Assembly: GCA_044222065.1 (NCBI GenBank)
Contig: JBGAOA010000005.1
Coordinates: forward strand, 22,971 to 86,970
Length of the DNA: 64,000 nucleotides
Reading direction: 5' to 3'
Source: Candidatus Eiseniibacteriota bacterium
GTDB taxonomy: Bacteria; Eisenbacteria; RBG-16-71-46
A program made the position numbers and the translations under genes. The notes beneath the pieces were generated by a model. The model saw only the letters and a list, made by a program, of their open reading frames with translations. It had not been told where the DNA came from and ran no database searches. Shown piece by piece: positions 29,618 through 38,870 of the stretch (positions are counted from its first letter, which is position 1; every line of letters begins with the position of its first letter).

Positions 29618-32600
29618 CTAGCGCCGGTCGGCTTCGGTCTCGGCGCGGCCCTCGCGCCGGATGCGGCCGTCTTCGCGCACGTCGAGCGGGGCGCCGTCCT
29701 TCGTCTTCGCGGTGACGTACTGCTCGAGCGCGCCGCGGATCACGAAGCCGGTGTCGACGACGTTGCGTCCCTTCGCGAGCGTCGCGTAGTTGTCGCCGCC
29801 CGTGGCCATGAAGTTGTTGGCCGCGACCTTGTAGGTCTTCGCGGGATCGAGCGGCGAGCCGTCGGCGAGCGTGAGCTCGATCAGGCGCTGCATCTCGGGA
29901 CGGCCGACGTCGAAGCGGAACCGCAGCCCGCTCACCTGCGTGACGCGGCCGTAGCGCAGGCCCTCCTCGAGCGTCGCGCGCAGCTCGGCGCCCGTCAGCT
30001 CGAGCGTCACGATCGTGTTGTCGAACGGCATGATCTCGTAGATCGAGCCGCGCGTGATCTCGCCCGCGGGCAGGTCGGCCCGCAGTCCGCCCGGGTTCTG
30101 CAGCGCGACGTCCACGCCCGAGGCGGCGCGCATCGCGTCGGTGACGAGATCGCCGACCGCCGACTCGCCGCCGCGGTTGCGGCCGAGCGCCCGCGCGTTC
30201 GTGCCGATGCGCCGGCCGGCGACGTCCCGCACGTGCGAGTTCCAGCGCGCGACGCGCTCGGTCCACGCGCTGTCCACCGCGACCTCGTCGCTCCACGTCT
30301 GCTGCAGGCGCGCACGGCGCTCGGCGACGGCGCCGGTCGCCCCGTCCACCACGAGGTCGAGCACCGCGACGAACTGGCCGTGCGAGCCGGCGATCATCAC
30401 CGGCACGCCGTTCACCTCGTCGAGCACCTGGTTGTGGCTGTGTCCGCCGAACCACGCCGTCACGCCCGGGACGCCGCGCGCGAGCCGCACGAGGTCGCCG
30501 CTGCGCGCGCGCCGAAGCGAGTCGTTCTCGGCCGGCACGTGGCCGACGCCGAAGACGAGCTTCGAGCGGTCCACCCGGCGCAGCTTCGTGACCGCCTTGA
30601 GCGCCGCGAGCGAGTCGTCCTCGAAGCGCAGGTGGCGGACGTACGCCGGCAGCGTCACGGTCGGCGTGTAGCGGTAGCACAGGCCGACGACGCCGACCGG
30701 CAGGCCGCGGCGCACGAACGCCGTGTCGGCCCGCACCCACTTTGGCCGGCGGTTCGTCTTGCGCTCGATCATGTTCGCGCCGAGCGCAGCGAAGCGCATC
30801 GCGCGCACGCGCGTCTCGAGCGTGTCGGCGGTCCAGTCGAATTCGTGGTTGCCGATCGCGAACGCCTGGTAGCCGAGCGCGTTCATCTGCTCCACCACGG
30901 GCACGCCGAACTGCAGGTTCGAGATCATCGTGCCCTGGAAGCAGTCGCCGCCGTCGAGAAGGATCGTGCCCTCGGGATTCTCGGCGCGCAGCTTCTCGAC
31001 GTGGGCGGCGAGCACGGCCGAGCCGCCGGCCGAACGGCCGCTCCGCCGGTCCGGCGCTCCGGGCAGGATCGCGCCGTGGAAGTCGGTCGTCTCGAGCACG
31101 CGCAGCTGCGGCCAGCGCGCGTTCGCGACGATCGCGAGCGCTTCGGCGCGCGTGAGCTCGCGGCGCGAGTAGGCTTCGGGCTCGGCCGCGCCGGGCGCGC
31201 GGCGGAGTCCCGTGAGCAGCGAGCGCCGGAACGACGCGCGATCGGCGGCGCGGGCGACCGAGAGGCCGGCCTTCGCCGCGGACATCGCCGCCCAGTCGAG
31301 CGCCTGCGGCAGCGTCGCCGGCGCGTGCGGCCGGAACGACTCCGCTTCGGCGCCGCGGCCGAGCGCACCGCGACGCAGCAGGCCGTCGAGCCAGGGCGCG
31401 AGCGAATCCGGGACGTCCGTGAACGCGCTCGAGCGGCGCTGCTCGCGCCAGCCCCACGCCCGCGCGAGCCAGTACGCGACCTCGCCGCGCAGCGCCGGCG
31501 CGGCGGGATCGAGGCGCACCGTCTCGGCCGCGTCGAGCGAACCGCGCCGCACGAGCAGGTCGACGTAGGGACGCTCGGGCACGAGCGCGTGCTCGGGGAC
31601 GATCCGCCAGTTCGCGTCGTACTCGGCGTTGATCGTGCGCCGGGCCCGCACCCACTCGACGAGCAGGTCGTGCACCTGCCACGCGCTCTTGCCGACGCGC
31701 GGTGCGGCGGCGATCGCATCGTATCCGCCCGCGCCGTTCGCGCGGTAACTGTTCACGACCACGCGCAGCCGGGCGTCGTCGGCGAGCGGCGCGCCGCCGC
31801 GCGACAGCCCCACGACGCGGCGGCCCGCAGGCTGCGTCAGGTCGAGCCGGTACTCCACGCCTTCGGCGAGGTCGAAGTTGTAGCCCGGGCGGCCGGGCTC
31901 GGCGAGCGGACGCGCGTGCTCGAACGTGTACGTCTGGAAGTACTCCGCGGCGTGCTCGAGCGCGCGCTTCAGCTCGGCCCCGGTCAGCTCCACGACGACG
32001 AGCGTGTTGTCGTACGGATAGAGGCGGTACAGGTCGCGGCGGCGGATCGGCCCGCGGGCGAGGCTCGCGCCCGGGTCGGGCAGCGCGGCGAGCGACACTT
32101 CGGCTTCGGTCTGCCAGCGCTGCACGCGGTGGATGAGGTCGAGCACGGGGCCGTCGGCGAAGCGGCCGTTCGGCGAGCCGATCGTTTCGCTCGCCTCACC
32201 GACGACCTCGCCGAGGCTCGCGCGCGCCGCGTCGTGGTAGGGCGCCGCGAGCGCGACGATCGCGCTGTCGTCCGGCACCGAGTCGGTGATCGCGAGCACG
32301 CGCGCGAAGGCGGCGACCTGCCACGGCGCGCCGGCCGCCTCGCGCGTCAGCGTGAAGTCGATGCGGCCGAGCTGCTCGCCCCACTTGCCGGCCTGCGTCA
32401 CGACCGCACGGCCGGCCCGCAGCGCGGGCACGACCGTGTGCGTGTGCCCCGCGATCACCGCGTCCACGCCCGGCACCTCGTTCGCGAGCCGCCACGCCCA
32501 GTTCTCGTTCGGCGTGTCGCCGCCGCGCTCGCGACCGTTCGCCGACTCGCGCTCGAGTCCCGTGTGCGCGAGCAGCACGACGACGTCGCAGCGGCCTTCG

Positions 32601-33280
32601 GCGCGCAGCCGGGCCGCTTCGGCCGTGGCCGCCTCGAGCGGCGATCGGAACGCGAGCCCGCGCACGAGCCCCGCGTCCTCGAACACCGGTACGGCCGGCG
32701 TGCACACCCCGACGATGCCGACGCGCACGCCGCCAAGGTCCCGCACGAACGACGGCGCGTACGGAGCGCGCCCGCCCGCGGAGTCGGCGACGTTCGCCGC
32801 GAGCCACGGGAAGCTCGCCTCGCGACGCGTGCGCTCGCGCTCGTCCGGGAGCAGGTCGAATTCGTGGTTGCCGACCGCCATCGCGTCGTAGCCGATGCGG
32901 TTCATCGCCGCGATCATCGGGTCCGGACGCGTCCGCGGCGCGGCGCGGTAAACGGTCTCGAGCGGGCCGCCGGTGAGCGCGTCGCCGTTGTCGAGCAGGA
33001 GCACCGGGCGGCCCTCGGCCCGCGCGCGTCCGACGAGCGTCGAGATCTTCGCGAGACCGCGCGCCGCCGGCCGGTCGTTCAGGTAGTCGAACGACGTGAG
33101 CGCCCCGTGCAGATCCGTGGTGTGCAGGACCGTGAAGCGGAACTCCTCCGCGTTCGCCGGCGCAACGAGGCCCGGCGCGAGCGCGAGCGCCAGCCACGCC
33201 GCGTGCACGAAAGCAACGAGCGCGGCGGCGAGGTGCGAGCGGCGGCGCGCGTCGGCCGTGGGAGTGGGGGCGGAAGTCAT
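29618..33280 (-). CDS. Tandem 2',3'-cyclic phosphodiesterase / 5'-nucleotidase (two metallophosphoesterase + C-domain modules)
   Basis: TTDLHG / GNHEFD / GHTH in module 1 and TTDFHG / GNHEFD / GHSH in module 2; signal peptide. Confidence 0.88.
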   Translation of the reverse strand: MTSAPTPTADARRRSHLAAALVAFVHAAWLALALAPGLVAPANAEEFRFTVLHTTDLHGALTSFDYLNDRPAARGLAKISTLVGRARAEGRPVLLLDNGDALTGGPLETVYRAAPRTRPDPMIAAMNRIGYDAMAVGNHEFDLLPDERERTRREASFPWLAANVADSAGGRAPYAPSFVRDLGGVRVGIVGVCTPAVPVFEDAGLVRGLAFRSPLEAATAEAARLRAEGRCDVVVLLAHTGLERESANGRERGGDTPNENWAWRLANEVPGVDAVIAGHTHTVVPALRAGRAVVTQAGKWGEQLGRIDFTLTREAAGAPWQVAAFARVLAITDSVPDDSAIVALAAPYHDAARASLGEVVGEASETIGSPNGRFADGPVLDLIHRVQRWQTEAEVSLAALPDPGASLARGPIRRRDLYRLYPYDNTLVVVELTGAELKRALEHAAEYFQTYTFEHARPLAEPGRPGYNFDLAEGVEYRLDLTQPAGRRVVGLSRGGAPLADDARLRVVVNSYRANGAGGYDAIAAAPRVGKSAWQVHDLLVEWVRARRTINAEYDANWRIVPEHALVPERPYVDLLVRRGSLDAAETVRLDPAAPALRGEVAYWLARAWGWREQRRSSAFTDVPDSLAPWLDGLLRRGALGRGAEAESFRPHAPATLPQALDWAAMSAAKAGLSVARAADRASFRRSLLTGLRRAPGAAEPEAYSRRELTRAEALAIVANARWPQLRVLETTDFHGAILPGAPDRRSGRSAGGSAVLAAHVEKLRAENPEGTILLDGGDCFQGTMISNLQFGVPVVEQMNALGYQAFAIGNHEFDWTADTLETRVRAMRFAALGANMIERKTNRRPKWVRADTAFVRRGLPVGVVGLCYRYTPTVTLPAYVRHLRFEDDSLAALKAVTKLRRVDRSKLVFGVGHVPAENDSLRRARSGDLVRLARGVPGVTAWFGGHSHNQVLDEVNGVPVMIAGSHGQFVAVLDLVVDGATGAVAERRARLQQTWSDEVAVDSAWTERVARWNSHVRDVAGRRIGTNARALGRNRGGESAVGDLVTDAMRAASGVDVALQNPGGLRADLPAGEITRGSIYEIMPFDNTIVTLELTGAELRATLEEGLRYGRVTQVSGLRFRFDVGRPEMQRLIELTLADGSPLDPAKTYKVAANNFMATGGDNYATLAKGRNVVDTGFVIRGALEQYVTAKTKDGAPLDVREDGRIRREGRAETEADRR

Positions 33281-33399
33281 GGGCGCGCGACGCTAGCACC
33301 CGCTCGAAACGAGGGTCAACGACGGCACCGTGCGGCGCCGCGGCCGTCGTGCGCGGGCTTGCGGGCGCCGCACGCGCCTTCCTATAGTGCGCGCCGCCC

Positions 33400-34185
33400 A
33401 TGAGCGAGAACCCGATCTGCCCCGACTGCGGCGCACCGAATCCTCCGGACGCCCGCGCCTGCGAACACTGCAACTTTCCGCTCACGCACGCCGACGCGGC
33501 GCCTTCGGCCGCGAACGCGGCGCCGGAGCCGCCGCCGGCGGGCCCGAAGCCCGCGACGCCGGCCGAGGAGCCGCCGATCGTCGTCCGCCGGCCGCTGCGC
33601 CGCCGTCCGCCGCGCCCCGCCGCTTCTCAGCAGGCGATGTCGCTCTGGCTCTTCGTCGGCGGGTTCGTCGTGCTGCTGCTGATCGGCGTGGCGATCCAGT
33701 CGCGTCATCAGGTGGAGTCGCCGACGGTCCCCGGAGCGAGCGAGGAGCAGATGAAGCGGGCCGCGATGATCCGCGCCGAGATCGCGAAGGACTCGGCGAA
33801 CGTGGACGCGCGCATCGCGATGGGCGACCTGCTGTACGACACCGCGAACTGGGGCGAGGCGATCATCCATTACCGCGCGGGCATCGCGCGCGATTCCTCG
33901 CGGGCCACGGCGATCGTGGATCTCGGCGTGTGCTACTACAACCTCGGCCACACGACCGAAGCCGAGAACCTGTTCCAGCTCGCGCTGAAGCGCGACCCGC
34001 ATCAGCCCGTCGCGTGGTTCAATCTCGGCATCGTCGCCGAGCGCCGCGAGCAGCCGGCGAAGGCGGTCGAGTACTACCGCCAGGCGCTCGCGAACGATCC
34101 ACCGGACGGCATGCGCCCGGCGCTCGAGCAGGCGATCGCACGCGTCGGCGGCGGCGCTCCGGCACCCGCCCCGTCCGGACGCTGA
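33400..34185 (+). CDS. Zinc-ribbon, single-TM, TPR protein
   Basis: CPDC...CEHC, one TM helix, three TPR repeats (DLGVCYYNLG, WFNLGIV). Confidence 0.8.
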   Translation: MSENPICPDCGAPNPPDARACEHCNFPLTHADAAPSAANAAPEPPPAGPKPATPAEEPPIVVRRPLRRRPPRPAASQQAMSLWLFVGGFVVLLLIGVAIQSRHQVESPTVPGASEEQMKRAAMIRAEIAKDSANVDARIAMGDLLYDTANWGEAIIHYRAGIARDSSRATAIVDLGVCYYNLGHTTEAENLFQLALKRDPHQPVAWFNLGIVAERREQPAKAVEYYRQALANDPPDGMRPALEQAIARVGGGAPAPAPSGR

Positions 34186-34192
34186 CGCCCGC

Positions 34193-34846
34193 TCAGACGG
34201 GCGGGGCGAGCCCCATCGCGCGCAACGCCGCGGCCGTCGCGGGGCCGATACGATGCGGCTCGAGCGCGACGCGCGCGGCCCAGCGCACGAGGTCCCGCGG
34301 CACGTCGAGGTCGTCGAGCGGCTCGAGCCTCGCGACGCGGAGCCCGCGGCGCGCAGCGATCGCCAGCGTCGCCTCGAACACCGAAGGCGTGCTCCACGCG
34401 ATGCCTTCGAACAGCGCGGGCTCGGGCCGGGCGAGCGCGACGAGCGCGTAGCCGCCGTCGCTCGAGGGCGCGAACGCCGCGTCGTGCGTGTCGAGCGCGT
34501 CGAACGCCCGCTCGATCGCCGGTGCGCCGAGCGCGGGGGCGTCCGTGCCGACGATCGCGGCGCGGGCGCCGTTCTCGGTGAGCCGCGCGAACGCGTTCGC
34601 GAGGCGCGCGCCGAGGTCGGCGCCGTGCTGCAGCCGCGCTTCGAACCCGGGCGTGACCGCCTGGTCGACCGGCGCGTCCCACCACACCGAGCGCTCGTCC
34701 ACGCGCGCGACGCGCGCGGCGCTCAACGCATCGTCGAGCAGCGCGGCGTAGAGGTCGCGCGCGAGCGCCGCCGGAAGCGCGGGCGAGAGCCGCGTCTTCA
34801 CCGCGCCCGCGACCGGGCGCTTCGCGAACAATCCGAGTCGGCGCAT
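34193..34846 (-). CDS. DUF2064 / TIGR04282-type glycosyltransferase-like protein
   Basis: LFAKRP..G.VKTRL, Q.G.DLG.RL, GTDAP, DGGY.L, IAWST, DLD. Confidence 0.85.
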   Translation of the reverse strand: MRRLGLFAKRPVAGAVKTRLSPALPAALARDLYAALLDDALSAARVARVDERSVWWDAPVDQAVTPGFEARLQHGADLGARLANAFARLTENGARAAIVGTDAPALGAPAIERAFDALDTHDAAFAPSSDGGYALVALARPEPALFEGIAWSTPSVFEATLAIAARRGLRVARLEPLDDLDVPRDLVRWAARVALEPHRIGPATAAALRAMGLAPPV

Positions 34847-35066
34847 CGCGGGCACGCTACGTTGCCGCTCGCGCGCCCGGCAAGGCGCTCCGTGCTCCCG
34901 GCGGAAGCGTTTTCCGGGCGCGCGTTCCGCCTCGCGGGCGCGGAGGCGTGTCGTCGTCGCACGCGCGCCGTTCGCGGTTGACACCCGTTTCGCCCGCTGC
35001 CTAACCTGCCGCGTTCCGCCGTCCTCGCGCGCCCGTCGCGCCCTCTCCATCCGCACGAGTCCGCAC

Positions 35067-36491
35067 ATGAGCGACACCTCGCACTTCTCGTTGATCGTCG
35101 TGGGCACGGGCCCGGGCGGCTACGTGGCCGCGATCCGCGCCGCGCAGCTCGGGCTCAAGACCGCCGTCGTCGAGAAGGACGAACTCGGCGGCACGTGCCT
35201 CAACTGGGGCTGCATTCCGACCAAGGCGTGGGTCGTGACCGCCCATCTCTACGAGCAGATCCGGCGCGCGAAGGAGTTCGGGATCGAGGTCGGAGAGCCG
35301 AAGATCCACTGGCCCACGCTCGTCGAACGCAAGAACAAGGTCGTCAAGCAGCTCACGGGCGGCGTGAAGACGCTGCTGTCGGGCCGCGGCGTCGAGATCG
35401 TGCGCGGCACGGCGAAGCTGACGAGCGCGAACCGCATGGACGTCGCGCTGGCCGGCGGCGGCACGCGCGAGCTCAGCGCCGATCACCTGCTGCTCGCGAC
35501 CGGGGCGGAGGCGACGATGCCGCCCGGATTCGCGCTCGACGGCGAGCGCGTCATCACGAGCAAGGAGGCGCTCGACCTGACTAAGCAGCCGAAGAGCGTC
35601 GCGATCCTCGGTGGCGGCGTCGTGGGCTGCGAGTTCGCGTGCTTCTTCGCCGCGATCGGGACGCAGGTGACGCTCATCGAGATGCTGCCGCGCCTCGTGC
35701 CGAACGAGGACGACGAGGTCGCCGACGCGCTCGCGCGCGAGATGAAGAAGCAGAAGGTCGCGCTCCACCTCGGCACGAAGGTCGAGGACCTGAAGAAAAA
35801 CGCGGACGGCACCGTCACGCTCACGATGTCCGGCGGCGCGACCGTGTCGGCCGAGACCGTGCTCGTCGCGACCGGGCGCCGACCGTTCGCGACGGGCCTC
35901 GGGCTCGAGGCCGCGGGAATCGCGCGGGGCGATCGCGGAAAGATCGTCGTGAACGACCGCCTGCAGACGTCGGCGAAGAACGTGTACGCGATCGGCGACG
36001 TCACCGACATCCAGCAGCTCGCGCACTTCGCGAGCGCGCAGGGCAAGGCCGCGGTCGAGATCATCGCGGGTCATCCGGCGCAGACGAACTGGCGGGCCGT
36101 GCCGGCCGCGACGTTCACGAACCCCGAGATCGCGAGCGTCGGCCTCACGGAACGCGAAGCGAAGGAGCAGGGACGCACGGTCAAGGTCGGACGCTTCCCG
36201 TTCCGGGCGCACGGCCGCAACATCGCCGACGGCGAGACGACCGGCTTCGTGAAGCTCGTCGCGGACGCCGGAACGGACCAGGTTCTGGGCGCGCACCTCT
36301 TCGGCGCGCGCGCGAGCGAACTCGTGCACGAGTGCTCGCTCGCGATCGCCGCCGATCTCAACGCGCACGATCTCGCCCAGGCGATCCACGCGCATCCGAC
36401 GCTCACCGAGACGATCGGCGAAGCGGCCGAGGACGTGGACGGCCTCGCGGTGCACCTTCTGCGGCAGGAGGCGCGGACCGCGGCGCGCTGA
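35067..36491 (+). CDS. lpdA: Dihydrolipoyl dehydrogenase
   Basis: GTGPGG, GGTCLNWGCIPTK, HAHPTLTE; upstream TTGACA-N18-TAACCT at 34978-35007. Confidence 0.96.
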   Translation: MSDTSHFSLIVVGTGPGGYVAAIRAAQLGLKTAVVEKDELGGTCLNWGCIPTKAWVVTAHLYEQIRRAKEFGIEVGEPKIHWPTLVERKNKVVKQLTGGVKTLLSGRGVEIVRGTAKLTSANRMDVALAGGGTRELSADHLLLATGAEATMPPGFALDGERVITSKEALDLTKQPKSVAILGGGVVGCEFACFFAAIGTQVTLIEMLPRLVPNEDDEVADALAREMKKQKVALHLGTKVEDLKKNADGTVTLTMSGGATVSAETVLVATGRRPFATGLGLEAAGIARGDRGKIVVNDRLQTSAKNVYAIGDVTDIQQLAHFASAQGKAAVEIIAGHPAQTNWRAVPAATFTNPEIASVGLTEREAKEQGRTVKVGRFPFRAHGRNIADGETTGFVKLVADAGTDQVLGAHLFGARASELVHECSLAIAADLNAHDLAQAIHAHPTLTETIGEAAEDVDGLAVHLLRQEARTAAR

Positions 36492-36589
36492 CGGGCGCCG
36501 GCCGTGCGCCGGGCCCCGCGACCGCGATCCGCACTCTCGATGCCGCCGCTCGTCCGGACTCACGCCGCAGGGCGCGGAGCGCGCGCGTG

Positions 36590-37354
36590 ATGACGTCCAC
36601 GCTGCGACTCGCGGTCGCGTCGGCGAGCGACGTCGGACGAAAGCGCGCCCAGAACGAAGACCGCGTGCTCGTCGCGGTTCCCGACGATGCCGCCGATCGC
36701 GCACGGCACGGCGTGCTGTTGCTCGTCTGCGACGGCATGGGCGGCGCGCGCGCCGGCGAGGTGGCGAGCGCGCTGGCCGCCGAGACGATCGAGCGCGAGT
36801 GGAGCGCCGCGCCCGGCGCCGACCGCGCCGCCGAACTCGTGGCGGCGGTCGAACGCGCGAACGCGGCCGTTCACGAGGAGAGCCTGCGCGACTCCGAACT
36901 CGGCGGCATGGGCACGACCTGCACGGCGCTCGCCGTCGTGGGTCGCGAGGTGTTCGTCGCCCACGTCGGCGACAGCCGCGCCTACCTGCTGCGCGGCGGC
37001 CGGCTCGTCGCGCTCACGTCGGACCACTCGCTCGTCGCCCAGCTCGTTCGCGACGGCCTCCTCACCGCGGACCAGGCGCGCACGGACCCGCGCCGCAACG
37101 TCGTGACGCGCAGCGTCGGCGTCTCGGCCAACGTGGACGTCGACGGCGGGCGCGCGCCCCTCGATCTCGAGCCGGGGGACACGCTCCTCGTGTGCTCCGA
37201 CGGACTGCACGGCGTCGTCGAGGAGCCGGACCTCGCGCGGCTCGCGGCGGGCCCGGACCTGGACGCCGCGTGCCGCGCGGCGATCGCGCTCGCGAACGAG
37301 CGCGGCGGACCGGACAACATCTCGATCGCGCTCGCGCGCCTCGAGCCGCTCTGA
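36590..37354 (+). CDS. PP2C-family Ser/Thr phosphatase
   Basis: SDVGRKRAQNED, CDGMGG, HVGDSRAY, CSDGL, GGPDNIS. Confidence 0.93.
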   Translation: MTSTLRLAVASASDVGRKRAQNEDRVLVAVPDDAADRARHGVLLLVCDGMGGARAGEVASALAAETIEREWSAAPGADRAAELVAAVERANAAVHEESLRDSELGGMGTTCTALAVVGREVFVAHVGDSRAYLLRGGRLVALTSDHSLVAQLVRDGLLTADQARTDPRRNVVTRSVGVSANVDVDGGRAPLDLEPGDTLLVCSDGLHGVVEEPDLARLAAGPDLDAACRAAIALANERGGPDNISIALARLEPL

Positions 37355-37362
37355 CGCACGCA

Positions 37363-37409
37363 CGCGAAAACGGCCGGTGCGGATCCGATCCGCACCGGCC
37401 GTCTTCGCG
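37363..37409. terminator. Long hairpin between convergent genes
   Basis: CGCGAAAACGGCCGGTGCGGATC-C-GATCCGCACCGGCCGTCTTCGCG. Confidence 0.6.
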
Positions 37410-37417
37410 AGCCCCGC

Positions 37418-38770
37418 TCAGCGAGCGCGGCGTTCCGTGGGGTCCTGCGCCGGCGGTTCGCCCGTGCTCACGAGCGTGGTCCGGTCGGGCATCAGCGCCG
37501 CGCCGACGTCGAGCGCGCCGCTGCCGAGCTTGCCGACCTCGGCGGGCGGCACCCACACGAGCGTCCGCGTCGTCGCCTCGATGCGGGTCTGCACGTTCCC
37601 CGCGTTCCACGTGGGATGCACGGCGAGCAGGAGCGCCGCGGTGCCCGCGACGAACGGCGTGGACATCGAGGTGCCGCTCCAGAGCCGCCAGGCGCCGCCC
37701 GGGTACGCGCTGCGGATGCCGACGCCCGGTGCGCACAGGTCGAGGTGGCTGCCGTACGAGGTGAAGTCGGCGGGGCGCGGCTTGGCGTGCGTGGCGCCGA
37801 TCGCGATCGCGTGACTGCTGCTCGCCGGGAACTCCGTCGGGTTGTCGGCGCCCCAGTTGCCGGCCGAACACACGACGACGATGCCGCGCGCCTCGGCTTC
37901 CTCGAGCAGCAGCTGGATCGCGTCGCTGCGGCGCAGCATGCCGAGGCTCAGGTTGATCACGCGCGCCCCGTGGTCCATCGCCCAGCGGACGCCTCGGGCG
38001 ACGTTCGAGATGTCGCCACGCCCGTTCGCGTCGAGCACGCGCACCGGCAGGATCGTCGCGCGCGGCGCCGTGAGCTGCACGATGCCCGCGACGTGCGTGC
38101 CGTGCCCGTAGGCCTCGTTGAGCTGCCCGTCGCCGTCGCTGTCCACGTTGCTCGTCTCGTCGGCCGCGTTCGCATCGCCGCCCACGAAGTCCCAGCCCGC
38201 GGTGACGTGGCCGTAGAGCGCGGGATGCGAGGCGTCCACGCCGGTGTCGATGATCGCGACCCGGATGCCGTTCCCGTCGCTGACCTCGTGCGCGAGCGCG
38301 AGCTGCAGCGAATCGGCCGCCGGCTGCTCCGTGTAGGTCTGCATCGAGCCGAGTCCGTCGTCCGACGCGTAGCTCTCCTGCCGCGACTCGGCGGTCTCGA
38401 TCAACGAGTTGCGCTCGGCGCTCAGGACGCGCGGGTCGGTCCACATCGCCGCGCACAACTGCTCGCACGTCTCGCCGGGCGGCGGCAGGATGCGCGCGTA
38501 GCCGTCGCCGCTCCACATCAGCGTGGCGTCGTAGTCGTAGCAGACCTCGTGCGCGTTGGCGCCCGGCGCGAGCGTCACGACGGCGTCCTCGAGATCGTCG
38601 GCGCTGTTCGTGCGCCCCGTCACCGAGGCGCGCGCGGGCGCCGCCTCGCGAGGGAGGACGGGGGTCGTCGGCAGCGAGCGTCCGCACGAGGCGAGCGTCG
38701 CGGCGAGCGCGACGATCGCGATCAGGAGCGGACGGGAGCCACGGGAACCGAATCTGGGCGCAACGTTCAT
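37418..38770 (-). CDS. S8 subtilase, predicted lipoprotein
   Basis: Lipobox LASC; catalytic triad IDTGV, HGTHVAG, SGTSMS. Confidence 0.92.
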   Translation of the reverse strand: MNVAPRFGSRGSRPLLIAIVALAATLASCGRSLPTTPVLPREAAPARASVTGRTNSADDLEDAVVTLAPGANAHEVCYDYDATLMWSGDGYARILPPPGETCEQLCAAMWTDPRVLSAERNSLIETAESRQESYASDDGLGSMQTYTEQPAADSLQLALAHEVSDGNGIRVAIIDTGVDASHPALYGHVTAGWDFVGGDANAADETSNVDSDGDGQLNEAYGHGTHVAGIVQLTAPRATILPVRVLDANGRGDISNVARGVRWAMDHGARVINLSLGMLRRSDAIQLLLEEAEARGIVVVCSAGNWGADNPTEFPASSSHAIAIGATHAKPRPADFTSYGSHLDLCAPGVGIRSAYPGGAWRLWSGTSMSTPFVAGTAALLLAVHPTWNAGNVQTRIEATTRTLVWVPPAEVGKLGSGALDVGAALMPDRTTLVSTGEPPAQDPTERRAR

Positions 38771-38870
38771 GTGGCGGACTCCGAATCGAGACGAGGCATG
38801 AGCTGGGAGAGTTTAGAGCCGGTGAAGTCGCCGGTGCTTCACAAAACTTTCGGGCGATTTGGCCCGTGGA

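Noticed and set aside
36590..37354. PP2C phosphatase as part of the CHAT/S8 cassette
   Set aside because: Convergent orientation, separated by a strong hairpin, and no Ser/Thr kinase nearby.
38790..38870. Possible third GTATCA-N16-CACCTCT copy upstream of the S8 gene
   Set aside because: Only a weak GTGAAG...GGCTCT resemblance; it does not match well enough.
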